A stretch of 61,020 nt of DNA, counting the filler, from Sphacelaria rigidula (lineage: Eukaryota): NCBI GenBank assembly GCA_964200075.2. It is 9 parts of 9 records of this genome, joined end to end, with 100 filler letters (N's around TTAATTAATTAA, not from the genome) between each part and the next. Parts side by side here need not be neighbours in the genome. Positions count along the whole stretch, not along the records: positions 1 to 6,692 come from CAXNAA020018588.1; positions 6,793 to 13,483 come from CAXNAA020018589.1; 7 more parts are not named here. One strand, 5' to 3'. The translations under genes were made by a program, and so were the position numbers. The first letter of the stretch is position 1. Every line of letters starts with the position of its first letter. The notes under the pieces were generated by a model. That model was given only the letters and a program-made list of their open reading frames with translations, was not told the DNA's origin and did not search any database. This document shows, piece after piece, positions 1 to 11,949 of this stretch.

Positions 1-160
1 TCGCATGAAGGGTGAGCTGCATCCGGCTAAGATTATTCCGCCGAGGCCTACTGATTATCTTGCATTTGGATGACAGCTTACAATGAGTTGCTCTATTATC
101 TGGTATCGCCCACTTCCAGAGACAGCCACGGCTTATACACTGCCTCCTGGGTGTCTCACC
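1..160 (+). repeat. Dispersed repeat, second copy inverted at ~40470-40627
   Basis: tcgcatgaagggtgagctgcatcc...gacagccac matches the reverse complement of 40497-40627; both contigs break inside this repeat. Confidence 0.85.
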
Positions 161-2881
161 ATGGACTCACGACGTGGTACGATTATCCCCATTGTAGGGA
201 GTTGAGGTTCTCCCACGCCGCACATGATCTAGCTCGACTACCATCATGGTTACCGGGAAAAAAAACGGAAGCGCGCCAAAAAAACGGTAACCTGGTTGCC
301 TAGCTTACGCAGTGAGTGGTGTGTTTAACAGCGTCATCGCCAACCAACGCCAACTCCATCGGAGGTCCGCCCCTACAAAGCCGGGACGGAGCACCCCGGG
401 TTCTCCGCGGACCAGGCTAAAAGCAGGCTGAAAGAGGGAAGGGGGGAACGGGGGTACCAAAATACGGTGAGAGGGATTCAAATGGATGTGCACGCTATAA
501 CGGGGTACAGAGACTTCGACAACTTCACCGTGCCAAGCTTCCTGTGTTGGGGTGAGGGGCGTGCAGCATAGACCTCCCCCGATGGCTGCTGGCCCAGCTC
601 GTGCTATGAGCAAACTGACGTCTCCATCCTACTTTTGTGCGCCGCACAGTGTTTTGTCCATTATAGTACTATCTGTACTGCACTTTCTCTACATCACTTT
701 TAGTGCTGCCTTCGTGTACTTCTGTGTGCAAACTGGCATCTGCATCCTACTCTGTGTTGTATGCGGCGGTAGGCAGACAATACTGTACATACAGCTCACT
801 ACTGCCTGTACTGGACCTTGTCCACATCTTTCACGCTGCCCGCATCATGTTTAGTACAGCCGCTGTACTACTGTGTACAAACTGGCATCTACAGCCTACA
901 TACAGCACGCGATGGCATAGACAGTAAAGCATTTGTCTGTGCTGAGGTTTCTGACAGCACGGTTGATGCCAACGGGTCATCAACCCCTGACGCCATCCCC
1001 CGTGCGCCGGGATGGAAAAGCAAAGTCTGTTTGATTGATCCATGAATTCACTGATTCTTTGTCGCGCTGTAATGACCCCCCCTAGGAAGTCATAATCCAG
1101 CCGTAGCCGTTATCCACACGAATAGCATAACCGTACCCGAGATGAAAACAGACCTGAAACACTCCCTGTTCTGGTGTGTAAACGGCGCTGGGCATGTTCG
1201 AAATTGCTGCCAGGAGAAACCCGCAGATGATGAACAAGGGCACAAATATATTTTGCGCGAATCTCCTGTCGGGTCGGGTGCGCTGGCGGGCGTTTCTGAT
1301 CTCGCCGTGTTGGTTGAAAAATAAAAATACGATCACGAAATATAGCTCGATTTCGGCGCGTATTAGTTTCCTCGGATTTCCCCGAAAATACGAACCGTAA
1401 GAAACGGTCTAAGGGCGCTCAAAGTTCGGACATCGACCACATGCGAACACACGCTTCGTCACGCCGATGCATCGCCGGCGTCTCTCCCGAGCAACAAGTT
1501 CTTTCTTCCGGAACGCCCCCCCCCCCCTGATATCTCTCCAGTCTTATCGAGATCCAACAAAAAAAATGTGCCCCTTTTGAAACATCAGGGTTTGAGAGAG
1601 AGGTGATGATTCTCGTCTGTAAATTTAGTTGGTTTTCGGGGACTAATGCGTATCACCAAATACGAAATCACTCCTTGAGCTTTGCTTTCACCGTCGCAAC
1701 CCAGGAACACGCACCCCCAGACCTATGCCGGTTTTTGTTTCTTATTGGTCATACTTAAAACCCATCCCTCCCCTTTCTCAGGGTGCGTGTTGCTCGCTCT
1801 CGAAAGGGGTGCGATGCGTGGTCAACGATCAACAACTACGGCAAGCAAACAAATGGGTCCGCCCCCCCCCGCCCCCGCCCCCCAGTCGGGACGAGTCCGT
1901 GGTCGCACAGGGATCATTCCATTCCATTTTTATTCTTCGGGGGTTGCATGCCTTGCATTCTGGTTTCCCGGATTGGATCATGACCAGCACTCCCGCACCG
2001 CGTCAATCCTCAGCAACATACTATATATTTTTTCAGGAACAACGAAAGTCAGACGGGAAGAGTTTTTATTTTTTCAACGCACCATGCGAGGATCGGACCC
2101 ATCGTTTTCTGACCTGATGGTTGTCAGTTGTGCCATTAGACAGCACTACCGGAGCGCACGGTGGTAACTCACAAAACGCAAAATTTTTGGGGGTCGGGAT
2201 TTTACTGAACCCCCATCATCCCCGCCGATTAGGCCTCTGGATTCGGGTCCATAAAATGCATTTCCCGATTTTAGGTCCTTTTAGGTCCCCCGAATCGAGA
2301 TTGGTGACCGCCATAAAAGTTGATCTTACAACGACAATATGTGAAACTACTGGCATACCTGGCCAATCATCACAGTTAGTACTTGTTGACCGTTGACATG
2401 TACACAGTACTGGAGTACGACGCTGCGGTACTCATGTGTTTCACAACCTTTTATAGTTGGACAACTTATCATGTTAACATCTCCAGACGGAACGACATAT
2501 TTCGGACGGTTGTACGATCTTGCGCGGTATATACTACGGATAAAGGCTATTCGGACAACTTGTCATTTTGGGTTTCCGCGCGCATGTCTGTGTAGCGTGC
2601 AGGGCGCGGAGGCTGGGGGGTGTTATACATCGTCACCTGGGGTCCCTGTCAAACTGTCTATACCACCGACCCTGCGCTACTAAAGGGGAGTTGTAGGATC
2701 ATTACCTTCCATGATAAAACGGAACAATATTTTGGGCGTGAAGGGTGTTGCATCTCCTTAAATTCGTTCTTTGGGCACATTTGTACTCTGGGCACCTTAT
2801 CGGCGAGGAGAGGGGGAGGTGGGGGTGTTAAACTCCGTCATTTATGTAGGTACCGTCCCGCCCGATTTGTAGCATATTCAC

Positions 2882-2971
2882 CTCCCAAAGCAAAGCCTCC
2901 GTGACACTAGCATCCAAGTTCCCCGTGTAGCATGTAGCATCTTGATTACGCTGCTCAATAGACGCCGACAT
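2882..2971 (-). CDS. SF3B4: First coding exon of splicing factor 3B subunit 4 (SAP49), start of RRM1; later exons not found in this contig
   Basis: ATG at 2971 gives MSASIEQRNQDATCYTGNLDASVTEALLWE, then a GT donor (2881-2880); matches the conserved SF3B4 start ([26 protein letters not shown]). Too short for the ORF track. Confidence 0.88.
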
Positions 2972-4043
2972 CCTACAAGCGACACCAATTGAACCAGGAT
3001 TACCGCCTCCTGCGCTCCAGTCCCCGCAGAAACGGCCTTTCCCCTACCCCCCCCCTCCCCTGTCCAACCCCGCCCCTGCAGTCTCCCGTTCAACGAGTAG
3101 CAAGTACTAGACTGCAGCTTCGTCACGTGCAAAGAGCTATCGATCAGTGGTATGTCGAATGTTGTGCAGACCGGGAGCGATCACCGCTAGATCCGATAAA
3201 CTTCGCCTGCGTGACAGACGGACGTGTGTCGGGTGGTATTAATGAGGCCATTTCGTGCGGAAGGGGGTACGGCGTCCAGACAGAAGGTAGTGTTGCACTG
3301 CTGTTGCAGTACTCACCTCCATTAACAGAGGTTTGAAAGCATTTCCCCCTATGGTCAGCTCTGGCCTGAAAGCATCTGGGCATGCATCATCTAGCAGTTA
3401 CACTGATATTCAGCTTTCTACATCAACAATGCTATGCCGTGTGCGATATCTGAGCCGCTTTCCTCTCATTCAGGACAGGAGTGGGCTATGAGCTGTGTGG
3501 GAGGTGGTGGAACACCGAGAACAAGTACTCGCGACTGGAGCTGCGGTGTTGCAAATAATCTTTACTCCTTTTTTGGTTGTATCGACCGCGATTCAACAGT
3601 GCATGCATTGCATTATCTAGATCGCAGCACAATACATGTGCTTCAGTACCAACAAATAACGAGAGCTTGAGGGCACTTCACCTTGTTGCGTCGCCTCTAC
3701 AAAGCTGCGTGGGTGTCTGCCACGTGATCGCCAACACGAAAATAGCACATTTTCCCAATTACTCAGACCTGCGGTCAACGCAGATCCCTTCCCGTACAAC
3801 CGGCAAAATCGACGTGCTAATTTGTCAGGGCTTTTCAAGGGGAAAACAGGAAATCCACGAATTTCCTCTTTGATCTATTTAAAAGGAGAATTAAGCTCGA
3901 TGCTGTCCGAACTATTCCGAAACCAAGCTACCGCCGCCATGAGGAAGCGGGCGGGAAAACGATAACTTCACGCGGAATAAATTCGACAGCGTAATTGAAA
4001 AAAATGTGATCGTCGGTATCGTTGTAAATTTCAGACTGGGTTA

Positions 4044-5199
4044 CGCTGGTTCAGTGTGAACGAACGCCCAAAAATTGCCCCCCCCCCCCCTGGATACAGA
4101 ACGCAAAACTGACGCGATAGAAACATATTTGGTGTCAAAGTGACCCTCCACAAGTCAGCGAACAGTGTGACACGTCCAGATTTTTCTTGCGTCCTTTGCC
4201 GTGGCGCTACGATGCTAGTGAAATGTTGCTTCGCCAATCGGGGGTCTTCAAATTGTTCTGAAATTAAAAACACGAACCCCTGACACAATTTTTATCCAAC
4301 CTCATCACAAATCGAGTGTTTCTAAAGGCTATCAGCTAGAAAATCCAACGCAACAAACAGATTTGCAAATGGTTTGTATGGGATCGATTTACATCTCAAA
4401 ACAAACGTGGTGGCATTTCGGTGATGTGCGGTTCGACACCATAGAAGATAGGATTTCCAGTGATGATATGCATCGAAGAACCAGAAAACCTCTCGACGTT
4501 TTCCCTCGAAAATTTCGCAGGAAAGCTACGATCACCCTCAACCTCGGCAGTTTGGTAGATAGGGGTGGTACGAACGAAAAAAAAAAAAACGTTGGAGGAT
4601 TTTTCAAAGTTCATCATCAGCTGCCTCCCGGCGTCCGGAGGTCCCAGTGTGATGACCCCCAACAGCCGGTACAGGTTGCTTTGAAATGGGAAATTCAAAT
4701 TTGATTCGTTCCGACTTAGCCCAATGAACGTTTGTTCAAAGTTCCGCTCCGTAACTTGAAAATCTAACCGCCAAACGATCGACGTAAGCTCACGCGCACA
4801 AGGGAAACGTCGGTGGCATATACATGCTATAATAAAGTAATTCGGGGGATTCCGCGTACATTTTACTTCAAGGCATATATATTCGAGAAACGCTTTACGC
4901 CATTTTTCCGGCATGGACCCTGAACGTTTGCGCACGCTCTGAGATATTTAGAACTGCTTAATTGACAAGGTCTTTCTTCATTTTTCGCCAGATATCCGGG
5001 GTCCCAGGAGGCGGTGTCACACCTCCTAGGACCCCGGATATCTGGCGAAAAATTAAGAAATAATCGAAAGACTCCATCCATACATCTTTTTCTGAATATC
5101 TCAGAGCATCCGTGTGCAAACTTTAGTGCCTGACTCGAAAAAAGCGGCGTGGAGAATTTCCAGGGAGTAAGTTCCTATCGTTCACCCTGAACCAGCCTG
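4044..5199. mobile_element. Non-autonomous Tc1/mariner-like DNA transposon (TIR CAGGCTGGTTCAG.GTGAACGA, TA TSD)
   Basis: Left ta|c(--)gctggttcagtgtgaacga versus right tcgttcaccctgaaccagcctg|ta; the same right end recurs at 49862-49875 and a degenerate left end at 5823. Confidence 0.65.
4973..5060. repeat. Hairpin with 39-bp arms (2 mismatches) and 10-nt loop inside the Tc1-like element
   Basis: tttcttcatttttcgccagatatccggggtcccaggagg / cctcctaggaccccggatatctggcgaaaaattaagaaa. Confidence 0.9.
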
Positions 5200-5824
5200 T
5201 AGGAGCGCTTCGGACATGACAGTATAGTGTCGGGTTGAACTCACGTATTTGTCATTTCTCCCGTGAAAACCCTTGATTTTATTGGTATCATGTATTTGGT
5301 ATTTTTGCACATTTAACATTTTAACTTTCTCCTTAGCCTTTCTTCTCTGTGTGTGTACTGCACCGTAGTAACCCTTCCAGGAATTAACCGGCTAGTCGAC
5401 GTCTCCGCGCATTTAGCACTTACTTCGACAACACTTCCAATTCGTCTGCGTAGCATAGAGAAGCAAGGCACAGGCTCCCAAGCCCTGACTCGACGTGTCC
5501 TTACCGCCATAGTGATGACAGGGGTTTAAAGACGCACAGCATCATTTGCTGGAAGAACAAGATGATCTCAGACGACCGTGCCCAAACACGATACGTATCA
5601 GTATTTTTTTGTAGCAATGAAAATTTTTAAGCATATCTACGGAATAATACATGGTAGTAATGATACACGGAAAGCAATAATGATACACGAACAACGGAAA
5701 ACTCCGAGAACGAGGAATCGTACTTTTTTCCCCAGGAGCCATACCCCACCCCCTACCTTACCAGAGTGTGGATATGAACATCAAGGGCGAGGGTAGTGAA
5801 AACGAACTCCCTCTCCTTCCGCTA

Positions 5825-6660
5825 CAGGCTAGCTCGCGCTATCGGCCCAGAATCCACTCATCTGTAAAACATGTCCACCCCGATTCTTGGAGTTGAGACT
5901 AAAAGAATAAGCAACTAATGCTATGGGGCATTTCGAAACTTTTCGTGACCGGTGCTTCCGATTTTTTCACCAGTTGTCGGGGGCTCCAGGCTCATGGGGA
6001 GTAACAAGCAATTTTGGGACCCCGAAAATCGGCGAGAAAAAAATCTAGAGATCAACGTTCATCGGAAGCTTTGAAATAACCCATACTGCATAGAAATGTT
6101 TAGTCTTACACCAAGGGTTGGCGTGAACATTCCGGCCTTTGTGCAACAAAGTGAGATGGAAAGGTACGAAATCTCCAACGACGTCGTTTTAGTATTGAAA
6201 TGATTTTTTCGGGTACGGTGAAAACGACCCCGTTGCATAAGTTTAGTCAGCTGCGCAACTACACGTTGTACGCTGTTCCTTGGACTATTCCAGAACGCAT
6301 AATTGATTTACATTTCATTCCAAGATCTTTCGTACCAGCGTCCGGGGGTCTTCACCCGGGGACCCCCAGAAACCGGTCAAGGACGGAGAAACTTTGACAT
6401 ATTTTCGACGACACGTTTTTTTGCAATTGGAACATCAATACCTACCACACTGTCAAGTCTAAGGGCGGCCGGAGGTTTTCTACGACAAGCTCAAGGGGAG
6501 CCGTCGGGAGGATTTCCGAGTCTTCGGTGCACATCATCGGTGGAAATCCGACGACGCCAAAAATCCACGCTACCGGAATATCACGGTTTTGAGAATATTT
6601 CGACCCCACGAAATCGTTTCAAATATGTTTTCCTCGTTAGATTCCCAAGCTGGTACCCCC
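5825..6660 (+). repeat. Diverged dispersed repeat related to ~48880-49600 and to 49876-49913 plus 51808-51910
   Basis: Shared blocks, e.g. ggtgcacatcatcggtggaaatccgacgacgccaaaa...cgttagattcccaagc versus cgtgcatatcattagcggaaaatagacgacgccaaca...cgttagattcccgagc. Confidence 0.7.
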
Positions 6661-7149
6661 CCCCCCCCCCCCCACGCCGTTTGTTGGGGGGGNNNNNNNN
6701 NNNNNNNNNNNNNNNNNNNNNNNNNNNNNNNNNNNNTTAATTAATTAANNNNNNNNNNNNNNNNNNNNNNNNNNNNNNNNNNNNNNNNNNNNTGTCTAGG
6801 TTTTGGTGGCTTGTTTTACAGCGCCGTTGCCACTCGACGCCAACCCAAGAGTCTAGAGGTGAGGGGAGCTCGAAGGGGACATAAATGTGCCGTTGACAAG
6901 GACATGTGCAAAGGTGTGACACATTACCCAACATGACCACTCGAGAACGCGAGGAACCCACCGTCCTCGGGACCCAAAAACGCACAGGTCGAGCCTTGAT
7001 TGTGGCTGCCGGTCGGTTGAACAGGTTGTTTTTGGGCACAGTCCAATCTTCTGAGAATTCGATGAGAAACAACGATATGTGTGAGACGTGCGCCCGAAGT
7101 ATCCACACAAAGGTCCCGAATGACGCGCTTTCGGTTTTACAGGACACGC

Positions 7150-7243
7150 GCGTGGCCGTGGTTCCTCCTATACTACACGAATTTCCGTCGAGGAAAGACT
7201 GCGGAGTTTAGATGAGCAAGGGCTGTTGCTGGAGCTAATGGGC

Positions 7244-7297
<54 letters not shown>

Positions 7298-7880
7298 TTC
7301 GGAGGTCGGTGAGTAGGTGTTATGTTCCCTCGTCGCGTCTTTCTCGTACCAATATCATTTAGAGATCTCGAATCAATGACCACCGCGAGAACCGTCGCAT
7401 TCTCCAGTTTGTGTGTGTATCCAGCTTGGAGATCGACAAAAAACGTGTTTTGGATGAAGTCGTCTCCCACCGAGACAGGTGAAATCTGTTCGCTATTCCA
7501 GTGTGCAAATAGGCTTGTGCTCCCAACCACCATTCTTATCGGAACACATATCTTGTTCAGATGCAAGCCAGATCTGCGACCACATTCAAAATGCGGTGGT
7601 TCCAGCAGCGGCCGGTGGCCCAAGACATTTGTGCTGGCCAGGTGGCGAAAGTCACTGCGCTGAAAAAACGGCACGCCGGTAACGTAAGATCATTCAGGAC
7701 AGGGAAATGTTAAAGGGTATATCCGTGATCCTTTCCCCACATTCAGTCTTGAGAGCAAGTAGTGTCGAAAAAACTCGGATATTTCATCATCCAGGCTTGC
7801 CGCGGGGCGGAGAACCCAGGGTAGATTTCGAGCTGTAGGGAAGTAGGCTGGGAATAGCCCGGGACTTCGTTGCACATCTC
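7150..7880 (-). pseudogene. Decayed Ulp1/SENP-like (peptidase C48) cysteine protease, interrupted by a stop, a (CA)n tract and a frameshift
   Basis: Joining same-frame ORFs 7690-7875 and 7168-7674 gives LRPAASLDDEISEFFRHYL...YVTGVPFFQR...NKICVPIR..FAHW...LAVVIDS; a shifted frame gives TPQSFLDGNSC. This parallels the C48 motifs WLNDEIINFY, SFFF, IFIPIN..HW, D, PQQ.NG.DCG. Confidence 0.5.
7245..7296 (+). repeat. (GT)26 microsatellite
   Basis: Direct inspection. Confidence 0.98.
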
Positions 7881-7929
7881 AGCATCTGCTCTCCATGTGC
7901 CGTGGGTTATGGTTCCATCGCCCGGCATG

Positions 7930-10186
7930 CATGTAACGAGCAAGGTACCATGAACGTAAACCAGACGACCTTCATCGACACCCTGCTGGAGCGTTTTGAA
8001 TTCACGGAGTGTTCTCATATTCCAGCCTCAGTATCAGGAAACTTAGGACCAGTCAAGGAGGGAGACACGGTAGTAGATCGGCCATACCGGAGTGCAGTCG
8101 GGGGATTGATGTGGTTGGCTGGGGTCACTGGGTCTGGTATAGCCAATGCAGCCCGGGACCTGACCCGAGAATCTCATGACCCTTTTGAAATACACTGGCG
8201 AGGTGTGTTGAAAGTCTTAGCTTACCTGAATAGGACTAGACACTACGATCTGACGTTCAGTTCAGGGGAGAGTGTGCTGTCAGTGTACTGCGATGCTGAC
8301 TACGCGAAGAAAGAGACAGACAGGCGATCAGTTGCCGGGGTAGCGGTGATGTACGGAGGAGTGGCAGTGTTGAGTACTAGCCGAACGCAACACTGGGTTA
8401 CCCTATCAACCACCGGGGCCGAGTACGTGACTATGACCGAAAGGGTTGAGGAGTGTATGTTTGTCGGGTCTTGCTATATACGTCAACGTTGACATACTGT
8501 GTTACATCCGCCAACGTTGACGTAATCTGTTACGTCCGTCAGCGTTCAGCATCCGTCCCACAAGCCCCGTATGGACACAGCAACACGTGGAAAACACTCA
8601 CACAGTCTCCAGCTATCGTTCAAGCCATCGCACGGAGCAAACGGACCCGTAGCGGATGAAAGACGTGCATATGGCAGAGTGAGCACCGCACCCCATGCAG
8701 TGTAGATGTCTCAGCATCGCAACCCAAGCGGTGTAGGATTTCAAGGAATCGAAGTGCACCTGCGGATAGAAATGTTCAAACCCCCTCGTCTCTCATCTCA
8801 AAGACCGACGAAAATTGTGAGGGTACTACCTACAGAGTAGGCTACACCCTGTAAAGTGTACGCTTCTTCGGCTGAAAAGCACGGTGTGACGGTGCTAACA
8901 GGCCATAGTCCGACCCTCGCCAACACTTTGTGCTGGCAGCAGACTTGGCTGCGCGGCTTGCGCGCCGGCTCCATTTTGAGGTTTGTTATAACTCCCAAGT
9001 GTGCAAAGCTCTGCAGGCTGCTCAATACCCAGGTAGGGTGGTGCTTCTCGAGACGATACAGAATCCAGACAATCCAGGAAGGTAGACAAGGAGTCAGCTC
9101 GAGCATGGGGCATAGATTGAAATCTGCTCAACAGATGTAGGTGTGCGAGTATTTCTCCGCATACGTTACACGCCAACCGGCACATATTCTACCGACTGTA
9201 CTCTCCGCACGTACATTATGGGTGATGCGTGAACACAGTGCTACTGTGCTTTGACCACGTAGAGGAATGTACAGCCAATTCCGTGACAGGTCTATGATTT
9301 GTGTGCAGTATAGGCCAAACCACGCGTGGGTAGCCCCTGCATCTGTCACTTACGAATTCTGTGCTCAAATTGCCTCGCTGGCTATAAACTACGCCAAGCA
9401 GCAAGAACAAATCACATGCTAATATGAGCCAGTAGTGCCCCCCGCTTGCCGCGGTGTCGGACTCACGTTCAGTCTACAAAGCTGCCGCTGTGAAAAGTAC
9501 GGATACGACTCAAGTCTTTCCGCTGCCTATACCCAGCCCACGACCTCAGCTTTCACGGTAACAGCTTCATGTTGTGTCGGCCGGCGCCCGGGCTTGCCTA
9601 TTCGAAGCTTGCGGCCTTTTCGATCACTTATCTGTTTTCAGCGCATCGTGTGTAGCACATCGTTGTGACAGCTAAGCACGTATCTCATCCGCTACGGGTC
9701 CGTTTGCTCCGTGCGATGGCTTCAACGATAGCTAGAGACTGTGTGAGTGTTTTCCATATGTTTCTGTGTCCATGCGGGGCTTGTGGGACAGATGCTGAAT
9801 CCTGACGGATGTAACAGATTACGTCAACGTTGGCGGATGTAACACAGTACGTCAACGCTGACGTAAATAGCAAGACCCATGTTTGTCAGGTCAGTTCTCT
9901 CTTTCCTACGACCAAGGGTTGTGCTGGGACGAGAAGTGGAGCATAGTATTGTTCTTCATGGCAACAAGGAGGGGGCTAAGGCTCTGGCCGACAACCCACT
10001 CAGCTCGGGTCGTAGCAAACACGTCGACCTGAGGTGGCATTTGATTAGAAACTTGATTAGGACGGGAGGCGGAAGAATCGTACATGTGGATTCAGAGTGA
10101 CAACACGCTGATGTTCTTACAGCTCCCATTAACGTTGTTCAAGAGGCATCGACGTGCCTTGATGAACATGGGGGACAACGAGTAGG
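7930..10186 (+). mobile_element. Ty1/Copia retrotransposon relic: RT C-terminus plus RNase H, split by a MULE at 8466-9878
   Basis: PYRSAVGGLMWL, HWRGVLKVLAYL, YCDADYA..TDRRSV, VTLSTTGAEY; frame resumes after the insert as MFVRSVL...ALADNPLSSGRSKHVDLRWHLIR...QHADVLT. Confidence 0.95.
8466..9878. mobile_element. Non-autonomous Mutator-like element (MULE), ~200-bp TIRs, 9-bp TSD ATGTTTGTC
   Basis: TSD at 8457-8465 and 9879-9887; TIRs gggtcttgcta... (8466-~8669) and ...tagcaagaccc (~9676-9878); removing it restores the Copia frame. Confidence 0.93.
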
Positions 10187-10501
10187 CACAATTTGTGTTT
10201 TTTTTGTATGTATTTCGACATTTGTCAGCTCTAGACGTTTGAGGTCATGGTTTCCGTAGTGCATCCGCGCGTATCAGGTATGTCGGGTGAAGCCCCTCAC
10301 GCTACTTTGTGGGGCATAGTTTTGTAGGACGTTCCCCGCGTTGTCACGTGCAGGTGCCCTGGCCTGGGCGTCTGCAGAAGGAGGCTGTTTGTTTTTGAGT
10401 ACAAGCGTTGGAGTTGGTGTGACGGGGATTGCTGCTCGGAAGGCCGAGTTTCCTCCTTATAACTTTTTTTTCTAGAACATTGAGTGCTGATGTGTCAGAT
10501 C

Positions 10502-10527
10502 AACGGGGGTGTTCGAGTGACTCAACA
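10502..10527 (+). other. Probable Copia polypurine tract (aacggggg) and start of 3' LTR (TGTT...)
   Basis: Purine-rich run directly followed by TG about 320 bp after the pol end. Confidence 0.5.
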
Positions 10528-10769
10528 TACACCCTGTCATACTGGATATACGTACGACAGGAGATCGGGGTGATGGACAAGTACTGACGGTGAAGTGTCT
10601 CCGGATGTGGTACAGTACAGCTGCTGGGGCGCACTAATCGCCCCCAGCCGCCCACTCTCCGGCTTCTCCCCTCTCTTCTCCCCTCTCCCGAGCCCGAGGT
10701 TGGCCCAGCTCGTATCGAGCATCACATACACCAACCTAAAATAACTCGACCACAATTTTCTTTTTTCAA

Positions 10770-11796
10770 TCATTTTGGGACCGGGCCTCCAGAACGACCA
10801 ATGAGGCTGGTCAGGAATGACGTGTCTGGCGTCTGCACGAAAGAGTGAAGTGTTGTTGAAAATCCGCGTATGTAACCGCAGGGTTATGATGAAGACCGAA
10901 AGTTTCATCCAATCTATTTCCAGGTGCAGGGTGCGCATTAGGTAGTGTACATCTGATGTAGTAGCACGCGGTAGAGAGCTTCCAACAATATGCGGCGACC
11001 GGCGGGCCGCCCGCCACTCGTGGCTTTGAATGATACTTTTGTCCCCATCACCTGGCCACATAGCCCTTTGTGGTCGGGGTGGACCGCCATTTCCTCCTTT
11101 GTTGCATACGGTACATTCTTTTCGAAGGGTATCAGCGTTGCGGCGCGCATGCATACAACAGTATAGTACAGTACAGTGTAGTACGCCTCTCCGACTGAAG
11201 CAGCAGCGGCCGCTGCATACTCCCTTGCGCGTTCTGGGCAATTCTCAACTACCGAGATCAACGACCTATAAACCGCTTTGTCATCCCCGTCCACTACATA
11301 TATGTGGACTGCACACTGCCAGTCATCGGCAGAGGGATACGTAGAATTCATTACGGTAGCTCATTTTGTCTTTTCACGGCCGACCTGGGTTTAGTGCCGG
11401 GCGAAAATGACCACGTTGTAGCATGTACACTCCTTCCCGGTTTTTCCGATCGAACCTGTGTCAGTGTAATTACTAAGTTTTCGTATGAAATTGTTACCCA
11501 AAGAACCCACCGGGAAACTCGGGGAACACTGTACTGAGTGCAAGTAATATCATATAACCAAGTTTCGACTGCCCTGCACTTGGAAACCTGGGAAGGCTTA
11601 TCTGGGCCAGGCATAGGTCCCCCACACGATATTTGCAGTGGTATCACACTCACCATCAATCCTCGCGCTGGTCGTTTGGGTCTGGTCGATAAATCTCGCC
11701 TCGCCGTGATTGGGCAGGTCGCCCGAAGACTAATTTTCAATTATTTCACTAACACAGGGTCAACCCTGTGTTGGTTTGGGGTCGGTCCCAAAAGGG
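10770..11796 (-). mobile_element. Non-autonomous piggyBac-like element, copy A
   Basis: Full-length inverted homology to 38044-39087; ends tcaa|tcattttgggaccg and cggtcccaaaaggg|ttga. Confidence 0.8.
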
Positions 11797-11949
11797 TTGA
11801 GCGATTAACATCGGGGCATATTATCCACAAAACGAGCACTGCTTTTGGTGAGATTATGAGCATCAAAAGACGGCTACACGAGGATGACTGAGAGAACCCT
11901 ACATCGCGCGGTGGCACGGGAACGTTCAGTGATACGAAAAGAGCAACGT

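Noticed and set aside
6737..6748. TTAATTAATTAA as a biological motif or piggyBac target
   Set aside because: Assembly linker inside N runs
8453..8659. Paralogous small proteins at 8453-8659 and 9685-9873
   Set aside because: They are translations of the two MULE TIRs
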